In this document: one piece after another, positions 28,750-41,643 of the stretch
Position numbering within the stretch: the first letter of the stretch is position 1
Layout of the letters: each line of letters begins with the position of its first letter
Assembly: GCF_009914755.1 (NCBI RefSeq)
Contig: NC_060925.1
Direction: 5' to 3' (one strand)
From: the human T2T-CHM13v2.0 reference genome, Homo sapiens
DNA: 64,000 bases
Notes under the pieces: generated by a model
Told to the model about the DNA's origin: nothing
The model's database searches: none
What the model saw: only the letters and a program-made list of their open reading frames with translations
Made by a program: the position numbers and the translations under genes

Positions 28750-31030
28750 TGAAACTTGTCCAGAATGCCACATCACATTAAATTGTCATGTATCCTTAGG
28801 CTGCTTTTGACTATGATAGTTTTTCGGACTTTCCTTGTTTTTGATAACCTTGATAATTTTGAGCAGTACTGGACAAGTAACTGTGAAATGTTCCTCCATA
28901 TTTCACATCATTATTCAAATAGGAATTTGTCTAATGTTTTTTTTCATTACACTGGAATTATGCATTTTGGAAAAAGAAAATCGTAGTGATAACGTGCTAT
29001 GTTCATCCTATCTTATCAAGTGTATGTATTATCAACCTGAGTTATCAATGTTGATGTTCATCTTGATCACCTAGGATGAGGTGATGTTTGCCAGGTTTTT
29101 TCTACATTAGAGTTACAATTTTTCCACTCTCCATTCGGCAAACTTTGGAAAGAAGTCACTCTATGCAGCCCACACTTACAGAGTGAGGATTTATGCTACA
29201 TAACCTTAATGCCAGAATATCTACATAAATTATTTAAATTCCAGTGAATAGGACATGTTTTTATTCTCTGTCATTCATTACCTAATGTATTAATTCCTTA
29301 TATTGTCCTGCAACATGGGTGTTAATTTTAAATTTTAGGTTATGTTCCAAAATAATTTTATTTATTTTATTGTTCAAGTTATTCTAGCTTTGGCCATTGG
29401 GTGCTCTTTCAGTTGGCTCCTATTTCCCATTGACCTATCCCTACCATTGTAGTGTTTTCTAAGCACTTCATTACTTTCAGACTTTACAAGTTGCTGTAGG
29501 CTAATCTTGTGTGTTTTCTTCTCCAGTTATAATGTCAACCATTTCTCCAATAATTCTTGGCTCCTGTATTGAAATGGTATTGGAAACCAAGATCTGGGTG
29601 CTAAGTGTGCTCACTTGGATGACATTGCTTCTAGGCCCACTCAGCTAACACAGCAAGGAAATGTATATGTGTGTACTAACCCATGTCCATGCAGATGTCT
29701 ATAAATACTTATCCATGTAAACATCTGTGTCTATATTAAGATAAACATGAGTTCACACTGATGTTTATAACTCTAATCAGGTACCACATGAATTATTCTA
29801 CCTTTCCCTTCTTACTTGTCTCTGATCTCCTACACTAACAGTGGGAAAACTAACTCATACCACCTGCCATCCATTTACTTAAAAGATTGATTTCATACAG
29901 GTATAGCATTCATGATTTTCAATCCACAACCCTGTGGGAACAACTGCACTACCTACAGTCAAGTGCTTATGTACAGATTTTGCCTTTAGTCTTACAGATT
30001 CCTCTTTTTTTCCAAAATTACTTAGGTCAATAACTTTTCCCTTGTTCCTTTCAGTGAGAATGTTCCCAACATTTGTAATACAGGTGTAATATTTTCTCAT
30101 ATTCTATTTTCTATGTTGAGACCTCACAACATATTAGATGATTTTACAAAATTTGCTTACATTAAGTTTCACTCTTTGTGCTATAAAGTTCTATGTATTC
30201 TGACAAATGATGATTGTTATTTATCCATCATTATAATATCACACAGAATAGTGTCAATGTCTTAAATTTGTGTAGTACTTCAGCTTTTCAACCCTACTTT
30301 TCCCTGAACCCCAGACAATTTCTGTGTATGGATGAACCATAGTATTTTTTTTAAATCTATGCATCTATGAAAAGATATTTTGGTTGGTTCCAGTTTGGGG
30401 CAATTATGAATAGAACAGATATAAAGATTTTCAAGCAAGTTTTTGCGTGAACATAAGTTTTCAAGTCAGTTGAGTAAATACCTAGGGTGTGATTCTTGAA
30501 TCATATGGTAATACTGTTTAATAAAAGACTTCTAACTTGTATTCTGAAGTGACTGTACCAGCTTGAATTCTCAATAACAATTAATAAGGGTTTTTGTTTC
30601 TCCATATATTCTGAACAATTGGTACTGTCAGATGTTTAGATTTTAGCCATTCTAATAGGTGTGTAATAGTACACCATCATTTTTTAGAGTTGCATTTCTC
30701 TAATGACAAATAACGTTGAACATTATTTCATATACTTATTTGTTATTTATCTTCTTGCTGAAGTGTCGGTTTATATTTTTACCCATTTTTGTTTTTTTTT
30801 TTAATTTTCTATTACATTCAAGGGTAATTGTGCAGGTTTGCTATGTAGGTAAATTTTGTGTCCTGTTTTTTTTAAGTCTCTGATATATTTTGAGATTTTT
30901 TGTTGTTGTGAAAGGTGTAAGTTTCATGTTTAAGTTGACTTTTGGGTTTTCTTTTATTTTGTTTTGCATATGAATGTTGAGTTACTCTCGCTTTATTGTG
31001 GAAAGTCTCCATTTAATCATCCTTGTGTTT
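28750..31030 (-). mobile_element. L1MC (L1MC3/4-like) 3' region, with a short L1P 3'-tail fragment at ~30790-30862
   Basis: L1MC 3'UTR motifs (tggaaaccaagatctgggtgctaagtgtgctca; aagtactttggaaag-like block at ~29140) followed by antisense ORF2 end. Confidence 0.7.
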
Positions 31031-31528
31031 TGGTTGGAAAGCAGTTCATTCAGTTCAACAAATTCTTTTGAACGTAAACAAGCATAAAATAAGTTAGTAT
31101 ATCTTAAAACCACACACATATAAAAAATAGACAACAGCATATAAATACCTATGTAGGTCTAATTATAATGTTTTTTTTTAAAAAGTATGGATTGATGTTC
31201 ATCACAAATATGCTCCTTTTTGTCTAACATTTTATTCCTTTTATGTCTCTTAAGGTTGAGAATGTAGTTTTCCTGAAAATCTCCAACAAATCTGATGCTT
31301 TCGCTGTGAAGTATGTTTCTTAGCAAGTCTGTCTTGCAGCTCCTTCTAGAAAGTGCTTCTTTGTTAAGTGGTCTCCATGTTACTTCTTAGCTAACATTGG
31401 GGAAGCTAGGCTGAACTGCTTCACCCTGTTCACTCTGCTAGGTGAACAGCCTTAAATCCTTGAAAGTGGGTATTATTAGGTAATATGAGGGTGCCTTGAT
31501 GGCTTCGCTGGTGACACAAACATGCATG

Positions 31529-31752
31529 CACACATACATGGATATATATGTGTGTGTGTATGTGTGTGTGTATATATATATAAAACATAAAAATGATATA
31601 GGTGTACGCATATCTATATATACAAATATAGATATATGTATATATACATATATACAGATACATATCTGCACAAATATATAGATATATATACCTCTTTTAG
31701 TATTGACAAATACACGCACACATACACACACAAACACACACACACATATATA
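31529..31752. repeat. Compound (TA)/(TG)/(CA) simple repeats
   Basis: Direct observation; source of spurious Y/I/C/V-rich ORFs. Confidence 0.85.
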
Positions 31753-31754
31753 CC

Positions 31755-32460
31755 TCCATGAACCCCCCACGCCAATCAAGATAGAAAATTTCCGTAACCC
31801 CAGAATCTTGTGACAGCTTGCATGCATCCACCCCACTTACCATGGGTAAATATTGATGTGGCTTATGTCCTCATAAATTAGTATTTCCTGTTCTAGAATT
31901 TTGCATACACATATTCATACAAGATGTATTTGGTTGGGTCTGGATTCCATTTCTACACACAATGTCTATGAGTTGTGTTGATGCCTTTGCATTTGTCAGC
32001 AGTTTGTTCACTTTTATTTGCTATATAAAAAAGTTAGTATGGGCATTTGAGTACATGTCTTTTCCTGACTTATATTTGTATTTCTTTATGCTATTTAAAT
32101 ACATAGGAGTATACTTTCTCATACAAGCATGTGTGCTGAGAACTTTGTAAAAAATTGCTAAACCATTTTGCCGTTTCGTTTTTACTTTTTAAAATTTCCA
32201 CCTGAAATATATGAGATATTTCCAATTTCTCCACATTCTTGTCAGTAGTTTGATGTCTTAAAAAAATAACTCTTCTTTTTGGTATGAAATGACATCACAT
32301 TGTGGATTTATCAATATTCCCTTGATTACTAAAACTACTAAAATATTTTAAAGTATTTATTAGCCATGCTTTTTTTTTTGGTGAATGGTTTATTCAACCT
32401 GGGTTAACCATTTTCTTCATTTACTTGTCTTCTTTTTGTTGAGATGTGAGAATTCTTGAA
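31755..32460 (-). mobile_element. Old L1M 3' fragment
   Basis: caatcaagatagaaaatttcc...ttcctgttctagaatttt...ttccaatttctccacattcttgtcag. Confidence 0.6.
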
Positions 32461-33519
32461 TAGTGTATCTCTCTCTTACTGTCTCTCAGACACACACATA
32501 TACCCAAACCCACCTGATTTTTTAAAACAAGTAACACTTCCTGATGTTAACATCTACATGTTGTATGCATATCAGTAACAGCTAAAATATTAATTTTGAA
32601 ATTTATTACACTTTTGTTTTTGAAAATAGTAACTGCAAATAAACCAAGATGATAATACTCTTTCTAAGGTACTTAAATCTATGGAAGCCTAACAAACTTA
32701 AATCTATAGATGTCTATTTATTGAAGAGCACAAAATGGAAAAAGTTACTATTAGTACTAATATGAATAATGCTTGATATACTCATTTCATTCTCTAGAAA
32801 ATTATTTCAGTGAGAAGATATTAGTTATTTACATTTGCTTTGTTTGACAAAGTGAAGAAAAAATCATTTTGAGGGGAAAAATACGGAGTCTATAGAGTTT
32901 CAAAAACAGATATTCTATGCTGTTTATTTTTACACTAATTCCTCAAGTCTTCTAGAAATAATGTTTTTAAAATATGCCATTAATTATTGGTATAAAGGAA
33001 CACCTATTTTTCTTTTTTGTAATTCATAACCAGCTGTCATCACACAATCAAATTTTGTGGGAGAAGCTCACAGCCGAGCAAGCCAATGTTCATATAATGG
33101 ATTGATTTGCAAACTGTTTTCCAGCTCAACACTATCCGCAATACACATTATTTCCTACTACTTGTGAACTTCTAGTATTTTGCATTCCTTCGTTGAAAAC
33201 AGGAAAAGAGAAGGTCATCGTATTATCAACATTCTAGATGTAAGCTAAATAATTACAAGTTAAATAATAAGTTGACCAAATCCAAATTTTCAGGAGCATT
33301 GATTAATCATATGCAGTGACATATGATACAAATCATTTGCAAATCACTTTACAAAAAGATTATTAATAAAGTGTTCCTTGATAATAGGAAAGCTTGTTTA
33401 CAAAAGCCACCTCAGTCTACATCCTTTCCACTAGGAATAATTAAACCTAAATTTTTTTTTGAAATAATTATGTCTTTACATAATTAAGCATTTAAATTAA
33501 TCATCGTTTAGAGCACTAC

Positions 33520-35208
33520 TAAGAGGTGACAGCTGCTGGCAGCCCTCACTCGCTCTTGGCGCCTCCTAGGCCTCCTCGCCCACTCTGGCCGCACTTGAGA
33601 AGCCTTCAGCCTGCAGCTGCACTGTGGGAGTCCCTCTCTGGGCTGGCTGAGGCTGTAGCCGGCTCCCTCTGCTTGCAGGGAGGTGTGGAGGGAGAGGCGC
33701 AGGCAGGAACTGGGGCTGCGAGTGCGGCGCAGCGTGGCGCTAGAGGGCCAGCGCGAGCTACGAGTGGGTGTGAGCTACGAGTGGGTGGGGGCTCAGCAGG
33801 CCCAGTACTCCGAGCAGCCCGGCGGGTGCCACCGCCCCCAGGCAGTGCGGGGCTTAGCACCCGGGCCAGCAGCTGCAGAGGGTGCACTGGGTCCCCCAGC
33901 AGTGTTGGCCCGCCAGTGCTGTGCTCGAATTCTCGCGGGGAGTCAGCTGACTCCCGCAGGGCAGGGCTCAGGACCTGCAGCCCGCCATGCCCGAGCCTCC
34001 CCGCAGCGTGGGCTCCTGCGCTGCCCGAGCCTCCCCAACAAGCACTGACCCCTGCTCCCAGGCACCCAGTCCCATCCACCGCCCAAGGGCTGAGGAGTGT
34101 GGGCACACCGCTAGGGACTAGCAGGCAGCTCTGCCTATGGCCCCTGCTGTGGGATCCACTAGGCGAAGCCAGCTGGGCTCCTGAGTTGGGTGAGGACTTG
34201 GACAACTTTTATGTCTAGCCAGAGGGTTGTATATGCACCAATCAGCACTCTGTGTCTAGCTTGAGGTTTGTGGATGCACCAATCAGCATTCTGTATCTAG
34301 CTAATCTGCTGGGGACTTGGAAAACCTTTATGTCTAGCTAAAGGATTGTAAATACACCAATCAGCACTCTGTGTCTAGCTCAAGGTTTGTAAACACACCA
34401 ATCAGAACCGTGTGTCTAGTTCAAGGTTTGTAAACGCACCAATCAGTGCTCTGTGTCTAGCTCATCTAATGGGGGACTTGGAGAACTTTTGTGTCTAGCT
34501 AAAGGATTGTAAATGCACCAATCAGCACTCTGTGTCTAGCTCAAGGTTTGTAAATGCACCATTCAGTGCTCTGTGTCTAGCTAATCTAGTGGGGACTTGG
34601 AGAATTTTTGTGTCTAGCTAGAGGATTGTAAATACACCAATCAGCACTCTGTGTCTAGCTCAGGGATTGTAAATGCACCAATCAGCACCCTGTCAAAACG
34701 GGTCAGTTAGCTCTCTGTAAAATGGACCAATCAGCAGGATGTGGGTGGGGCCAGCTAAGGGAATAAAAGCAGGCTGCCCCAGCCAGCAGTGGCAACCCGC
34801 TTGGGTTCCTTTCCGGATTGTGGAAGCTTTGTTCTTTTGCTTTTTGCAATAAATTTTGCTGGTGCTCACTGTTTGGGTTCACACTGCCTTTATGAGCTGT
34901 AACACTCACCGTGAAGTTCTGCAGCTTCACTCCTGAGGCCAGCAAGACCACGAACCCACCAGGAGGAATGAACAACTCCAGATGCGCCGCCTTAAGAGCT
35001 GTAACACTGACCGCGAAAGTCTGCAGGTTCACTCCTGAAGCCAGTGAGACCACGAACCCACCAGAAGGAAGAAATTCCAAACATGTCTGACAATCAGAAG
35101 GAACAAACTCCAGACACACCATCTTTAAGAACTGTAACACTCACCGCGAGGGTCCACGGCTTCATTCTTGAAGTCAGCAAGACCAAGAACCCACCAATTC
35201 CAGACACG
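33520..35208 (+). mobile_element. LTR12 (LTR12D-like) solo LTR (ERV9)
   Basis: t(a)agaggtgacagc start; gaccaagaacccaccaattccagacac end; 4-bp TSD CTAC at 33516-33519 and 35209-35212. Confidence 0.93.
34200..34800 (+). promoter_or_regulatory. LTR12 U3 NF-Y array (nine CCAATCAG boxes) plus AATAAAA TATA-like box; promoter faces right
   Basis: CCAATCAG repeated at ~40-80 bp spacing from 34238 to 34734; ggaataaaagcagg at ~34760-34773. Confidence 0.75.
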
Positions 35209-35525
35209 CTACCATATAGAGCAATGCATTATAAAATACTTTAGGCTTAAGCAAATAAAAAATATTTATATCAAAGAAAATGAGTTCAAAATGTGTTTAA
35301 CAATATTTGTATTCTAAATTGTTAATGGCATATTTAAATATTTTCTTTATATAATGAATTAGGAAAACAGTAACGAATAATCACAGTAGATGTAAACGGA
35401 ACTGTTCTTTGCAAAGTTAAGGTTTTAAAAAGCTTATGTGATGAATATGGGCAAATGAAAATCTATTACAAATAGTCCTATTTGTTTATTATAAATAAAC
35501 TCTAAAGGTTAATTATTTTTATATG

Positions 35526-35528
<3 letters not shown>

Positions 35529-35559
<31 letters not shown>
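35529..35559. repeat. (TG)n microsatellite
   Basis: Direct observation. Confidence 0.95.
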
Positions 35560-35565
<6 letters not shown>

Positions 35566-35976
35566 TATGGTCTATTAAGATCAGGAAGCAAAAATTCAAA
35601 GTAAAAATGAGAAAGATGTGGGACTTTCTTCATTAAGCTGGGTTTTGAAATATTTTTACCTTTTCCTGAGTTTTGCATTTCTCATTTTCTTATTTCATTG
35701 AAAGAATATTTTCCTTTTTTCTTTAAAATAATTTATTGAGATATTGGTATATAAATTGCTGTAAATATTTAATGTATACATTTTGAGGAGTTTGGAGGAT
35801 GTATCTATCCATGAAACCATCACCACCATCAAGGCTATATACATACGTGTATCACCTTCCAAAATTTTCTCCTCCTCTCTTTATTATTATTATTGCTTTT
35901 TCATGACAAGAAAATTTAATATTTCTTCTCTTAACAAAATTTAATACACAAGTTCAGTATTATTATATGTAGGCAC

Positions 35977-36557
35977 TAATATGGTTTGAATGCTTGTCCC
36001 CTCCAAATCTCATGTTGAAATTTGATTCTCAGTGTTGGAAGTGGAGCCAAGTGGGAGGTGATAGGACCATGGGAGCATGGGAGCAGTTTTCTCATGAAGA
36101 GTTTAGCATGGTACCCTTGCTGGTAAGTGAATTCTCTTTTTTTTTTTTTAAGACGGAGTCTTGCTCTGTCGCCCAGGCTGGAGTGCAGTGGCATGATCTG
36201 GGCTCACTGAAAGCTCCACCTCTCGGGTTCATGCCATTCTCCTGCCTCAGCCTCCGAGTAGCTGGGACTACAGGCACCCACCACCATTCTCAGCTAACTT
36301 TTTTTTGTATTTTTAGCAGAGATGGGGTTTCACCGTGTTAGCCAGGATGGTCTTGATCTCCTGACCTCGTGATCCACCCACCTCGGCCTCCCAAAATGCT
36401 GGGATTACAGGCGTGAGCCACTGTACCCGGCCCCGTGAATTCTCACTGTTACTTCACTCATGATCTGGTTGTTTAATAGAGCCTCGGACCTCCCCGTTCT
36501 CTTTTCTGCTTCTTTTCTTGCCATGTAACATACAAGCTCCCACTTAACCTTCTTCCA
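35977..36557 (+). mobile_element. MST (MSTB-like) LTR, 5' part
   Basis: taatatggtttgaatgcttgtcccctccaaatctcatgttgaaa start; stops abruptly at cttcttcca. Confidence 0.85.
36137..36432 (-). mobile_element. AluY inserted in MST
   Basis: AluY diagnostics (gttcatgccattctcc, ccgtgttagccaggatggtc); TSD GTGAATTCTC at 36127-36136 and 36435-36444. Confidence 0.9.
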
Positions 36558-36904
36558 ACATTGACCAAAGAAATTAAAGTACACACACAAATAAATTGAA
36601 AGATATCCCGTTCATTAATTGAAAGTGATAATATTGTTAAAATGTCTGTTCTACCTATGAACTGAAAGAAAATATTTGCAAACCATATACCTGATAAAGG
36701 GTTAATATTCAAAATAGCCAAGGAACTTATACCACTGAATAACCAAACAAACAATCAAGTTAGGAAAGGGTATAAAGGGCCAGATACAGTGGCTCACACC
36801 TGTAATCTCAACAATTTGGGTACAAAGTTTTAGCTATGCAAATTTTGAAGCGTACAAAGTTTCAGCTATGCAAGACAAATACCCTCCAGAGATCTACAGT
36901 ATTA

Positions 36905-37060
36905 CAAAGTCTGGTTTTGCATTGCTATAAAGAACTACCTGAGACTGGGTAGTTCATAAAGACAAGAGTTTTAATTGACTCACAGTTCTGCAGGCTGTAT
37001 AGAAAACCTGGTGTTGGCATTTGCTCAGCTTCTGGTGAGGCCTCAGGGAGACTTTCCTCA
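36905..37060 (-). mobile_element. MST LTR, 3' part (inverted)
   Basis: gcattgctataaagaactacctgagactgggta...gcttctggtgaggcctcaggg is the antisense MST 3' half. Confidence 0.85.
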
Positions 37061-38489
37061 ATTTTTAAGAGTTTTGAGTGTATAGGTTTTTCTCTTCCCT
37101 AGTTAACTATATACCCATGAATTTTATTTCTACTCATGGCCATTATTAATGCAATTTTTAAATTTTTTTGTGTAGTTTGTTTGTAGTGTATAAAATAGCA
37201 ACTCGTTTTTGTATGGTGATTTTGTATTTGGCCAAGTTACTAAATTCAGTTTTTAGTTCTAACAGTATTTCTGCTGAAGTTTTTAAGGTTTTCTACATAC
37301 AAGGTCATGACATCTGCAAATAGATAATGTTTTTATCTCTTCCTTTCCACTTTGAATGACTTTATTTCCTTTTTCTTTTTGCCTAATTGCTCTGAATAGA
37401 AATTCCAGTAGTATGTTAAATAAAAGTGGCAAAAGTGATTATTCTGGTCTTCTTTCTAATTATAGAAGAAATGCTTTCAGCTTTTCACCATTGAGTATGA
37501 TGTTAGCTGTGAGCTTGATATATATCGCATTTATTATGTTAAAGTACATTCCTTCAATAACTTAGAATTTTTATCATTACAAATGTTAAATTTTGTCAAA
37601 TAATTTTTCTGCATATAGTGAGATGATTGAGGTTTTCCTTTATTCTGCTAATGTAGTGTACTACATTTATTGATTTGCATATGTTTAACCATCCTTGCAT
37701 TCCTTGGCTAAATCCAAATTGATCATAGGGTATAATTATTTTAATGCACTACTGAATTCATTTTGCTAGTATTTTGTTGAGAATGTTTGCATCAATATTC
37801 ATCAGAAATCTTGACCTGTAATTTTATTTTCTTATAATGTCCCTGGCTTTTATATCAGGGACTGGTCTCATAAAATGAGTTTGGAAGTGTTCCTCACTTT
37901 TTTGGGGGGAAAAGGTGATTAGAATTGGCATTAATTCTTATTTAAATATTTATATAATTTATCTTTAATTCATCTTAGCCTGAAATAATCTGTATTTTAG
38001 AGGTTTTTTTAAATTGCATATTCAATTTCTTTACTTATAAAAGGTCTGTTCTGATTTTCTTTTTCTTTATGGTTCAAACATAGTACATTTTATGTTTCTA
38101 GAAGTTATTTTATTTTTTGAGTTCTTAAACTTTTTGGTGCGTAATTGTCCATAGGATTCTTTTATGATCCTTTGTATTTCAGTGATATCAATTTTGACGT
38201 CTTCTCTTTCATTTGTAATTTTCTTGATTTGATTCCTGCTCATTAATTTTCTTGACTATTCTAGCTAAAGTTTTGTCAATTTTATCTTTTTAAAAAACAC
38301 TAATTTTGTTAATTTTTATGTTGTTTTCTGTTATTTACTTCATTAATCTCTCCTCTGTTTATTATTTCCTTTCTTCTCTTAACTGGGGACTCATTTTATT
38401 CTCTTATTCTAGTTCCTGTTGATGTGAAGTTAAGTTTTGGAGATCTTTTCATGCTCCTTAATGCAGGAATTTATCATTATAAACTTGTT

Positions 38490-38794
<305 letters not shown>

Positions 38795-39300
38795 TTATCT
38801 CTTAGAATTACTTTAGCTGCATTTTGTGAGTTTTGATATGTTACATTTTCATTTTAGTTTGTCTCAAGACATAATTTGATTTCTCTTTTAATTTTTTTTG
38901 ACCAATTGATTGTCCAAAAATGTGTTAATTTCCACATTTGGAATTTTTAAATTTTTCTACTATTATTGAGTTCTAATTTTCTATCTCTGCAATTAGAAAA
39001 AAAAAATGCTTGATGTTATTTTAATCTTCTTAAGTTGTTATGTCTTGTTTTGTGACCAAGTATACACTATGCCCCAGAGAATGTTCTTTTTACTCTACAT
39101 AAGAATGTGGTATACTCTGCTGCATTTAGATAGAACGTTCTGTATGTCTGCTAGGCCCAGTTGGTCTACAGTGTTTTCAAGTGTAATGTCTTTTTATTGA
39201 TATTCTGTCTGAATAATCTATTGATTATTAGGGTAATGAAGTATCCTACTATTGCTGTATTATTGTCTATTACTCTCTTCATTTCTGTTCATATTTGCTT

Positions 39301-39608
39301 TATTTATTATTTATTTATTTATTTTTGAGACAGGGTCTTGCTCTATTACCTAGGCTGGAGTGCAGTGCACGATCTAGGCTCACTGCAACCTCCGCCTCCT
39401 GGGTTCAAGTGATTCTCATGCCTCAGCCTCCCAAGTAGGTGGGATTACAGGTACATGCCACCACGCTGGCTCATTTTTTTGTAATTTTAGTGGAGATGGG
39501 TTTTTACCATGTTGACCAGGCTGGTCTTGAACTCCTGACCTCAAATGACCCATCTGCCTTGGCACCCCAAAATGCTGGGATTACAGGTGTGAGCCTCTGT
39601 GCCTGGCC
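39301..39608 (-). mobile_element. AluS (Sx/Sz-like)
   Basis: (TTTA)n tail and full antisense Alu; TSD ATTTGCTTTATTT on both sides. Confidence 0.9.
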
Positions 39609-41380
39609 CAATTTGCTTTATTTTTTTGAGTGCTATAATATTGGATGCATATATATTTATAGTTGTTTATACTGTTGATCAATTAACCTCCTTTTTATTT
39701 TATAATCTTCCTCATCTCTTCTGATAGTTTTTGACTACAGTCTATTTCATCTTCTGTAAATATAGACCACTCTTCTTTCTTGATTACCATTGGCATGGGA
39801 TATCTTTTTGATATCCCTTCAATTTCAGCCTATGTCTGTCTTTAAATCTAAATGAGTCTCCTGTAGGGAGTATAGAGACATATCTTATTTTATTATTCAT
39901 TGAGGCACTTTCTGTTTTCTAACTAATTTATTTCATTTATATTTAAAGTAATTATTGATAGGTAAGAACTTACTATTGTCAATTTACTAAATGTTTTCTA
40001 AGTGTTTTGTAAATCATTTGCTCCTTTCTTCCTCCCTTGTGGTCTTTCTTTGTGATTTGATGATTTTCTGTATGCTTTAATTCATTTATCTTTATCTTTT
40101 GTGTATATACTTTAAGTTTATGCTTTTTGATTACTATGAGCCTACATAAAATACCTTGTAACAGTCTAATTTAAATTAATAATTTAACTTAATTGCATAC
40201 AAAAACTCTGCCCTTTTACTTCTCCCTCAACACATTTTACATTATTGATATGACAATTTACATCTTTATTATAGTGTGTATCCATTAACAAATTTTTGTA
40301 GTTATACTTACTTTAAATGTTTATCTTTTTATTTTTTATTTATGCTAGAGTTAAAAGTGATTTATGTACTACCATTACAGTATTGCAATATTTTAAATTT
40401 GACTACATATGTACCTTTATTAGTGAGTTTGATAAATTAACAATTTTTATATTCTAATTAGATTCCTTTCGTTTCAACTTAAAGGACTTGTAGAATTTCT
40501 TGTAAGGATGTCTAGAGGTGATGAATTTCAGTATTTGTTTGTCTGGAAAAGTATCTTTCCTTCATTCTGAAGAACAGTTTTGGATTGTATATTATTCTTT
40601 GTTGGCAGCTTTTTTAAATGTTGGCATTTTTAATGTAATGTCTCACTTTCTCCTGACCTACAAGGTTTCTGCTGATAAATCTTCTGATAACATTATGGAG
40701 GTTCCCTTTTATGTGATCAGTCTCTTTTGTCTTATGGCTTTTAATATTCTCTGTTTGTATTTGACTTTTGACATATTGATTACAACATGGCTTATAAGCA
40801 CATTGAACTTTGATTATAACTTGCCTCATAATAACAATGAAAGAAGGTTGAACTTTTTTATGTTCAACATTATATGGAATTCTTTGGGCTTAAGGTATCT
40901 GGATGTTTATTTCCCTCTATATTGGTAAATTTTATGTAATTATTTCATTATAAGCGTCTGCCTTTTTCTCTTTCTCTGATGCTACTGAGGTTCCCTTTAT
41001 GTGTATGTTCGTCTGTTTGATGATGTCCCATAAAGCCTTTAGGTGTTCTTCACTGTTTTTTATTCTTTCTCTTGTTTTTGTTTCTCTGACTGGATAGCTT
41101 CAAATAATCTACCTTCAACTTTTTCTGCTTGGTCAAGTCTGCTGTTAAAGGTTTTCCTTGATTTTTTTAAAAAATCAGGCACTCTTATTCTTCAATTCTA
41201 AAATTCGTTTTGTTTTTCTTGCTCTATGTTGAACATTTTAATATGTTCATTTCTTTTAAAAATTTTATTTTAATAGATTATCGGTCTTCCTTAGAAGTTC
41301 ACTGATCCCCTTGAAGACAATTATTTTGAGTTTTTTGTCAGGAAATTTACAAATTTTTCTTTGGCGTCAGACACTGGAGC

Positions 41381-41643
41381 TTTTTTTTTTTGTCTTTTTT
41401 TTAACTTTTACTTAAGTTCAGGGGTACAAGTGCAGGTTTGTTACATAAAGGTAAACGTACCATGGGGGTTTCTTGTACAAGATTATTTAATCTCCCAGGT
41501 ATTAAGCCTAGTACCCATTAGTTATTTTTCCTAATCCTCTCCGTTCTCCCATCCTCCACACTCCAGAAGGCCCCATGTGTTGTTGCCCTCTATGTGTTCA
41601 TGTGTTCTCATCATTCAGCTCCCACTTATAAGTAAGAACATGC
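41381..41643 (-). mobile_element. L1PA13-like 3' end
   Basis: aagttcaggggtacaagtgcaggtttgttacata...caggtattaagcctagtacccattagttatttttcc. Confidence 0.85.

Noticed and set aside
31430-31836. Tyr/Ile/Cys/Val-rich ORFs
   Set aside because: Translation of dinucleotide microsatellites.
34200-34740. CRISPR-like regularly spaced repeats (also at 16850-17190)
   Set aside because: These are the known tandem U3 enhancer units of LTR12. The 'spacers' are themselves repeated, there are no cas genes, and the context is primate.
33526-35140. ORFs of 230, 199 and 145 aa
   Set aside because: Entirely within the LTR12D-like solo LTR.
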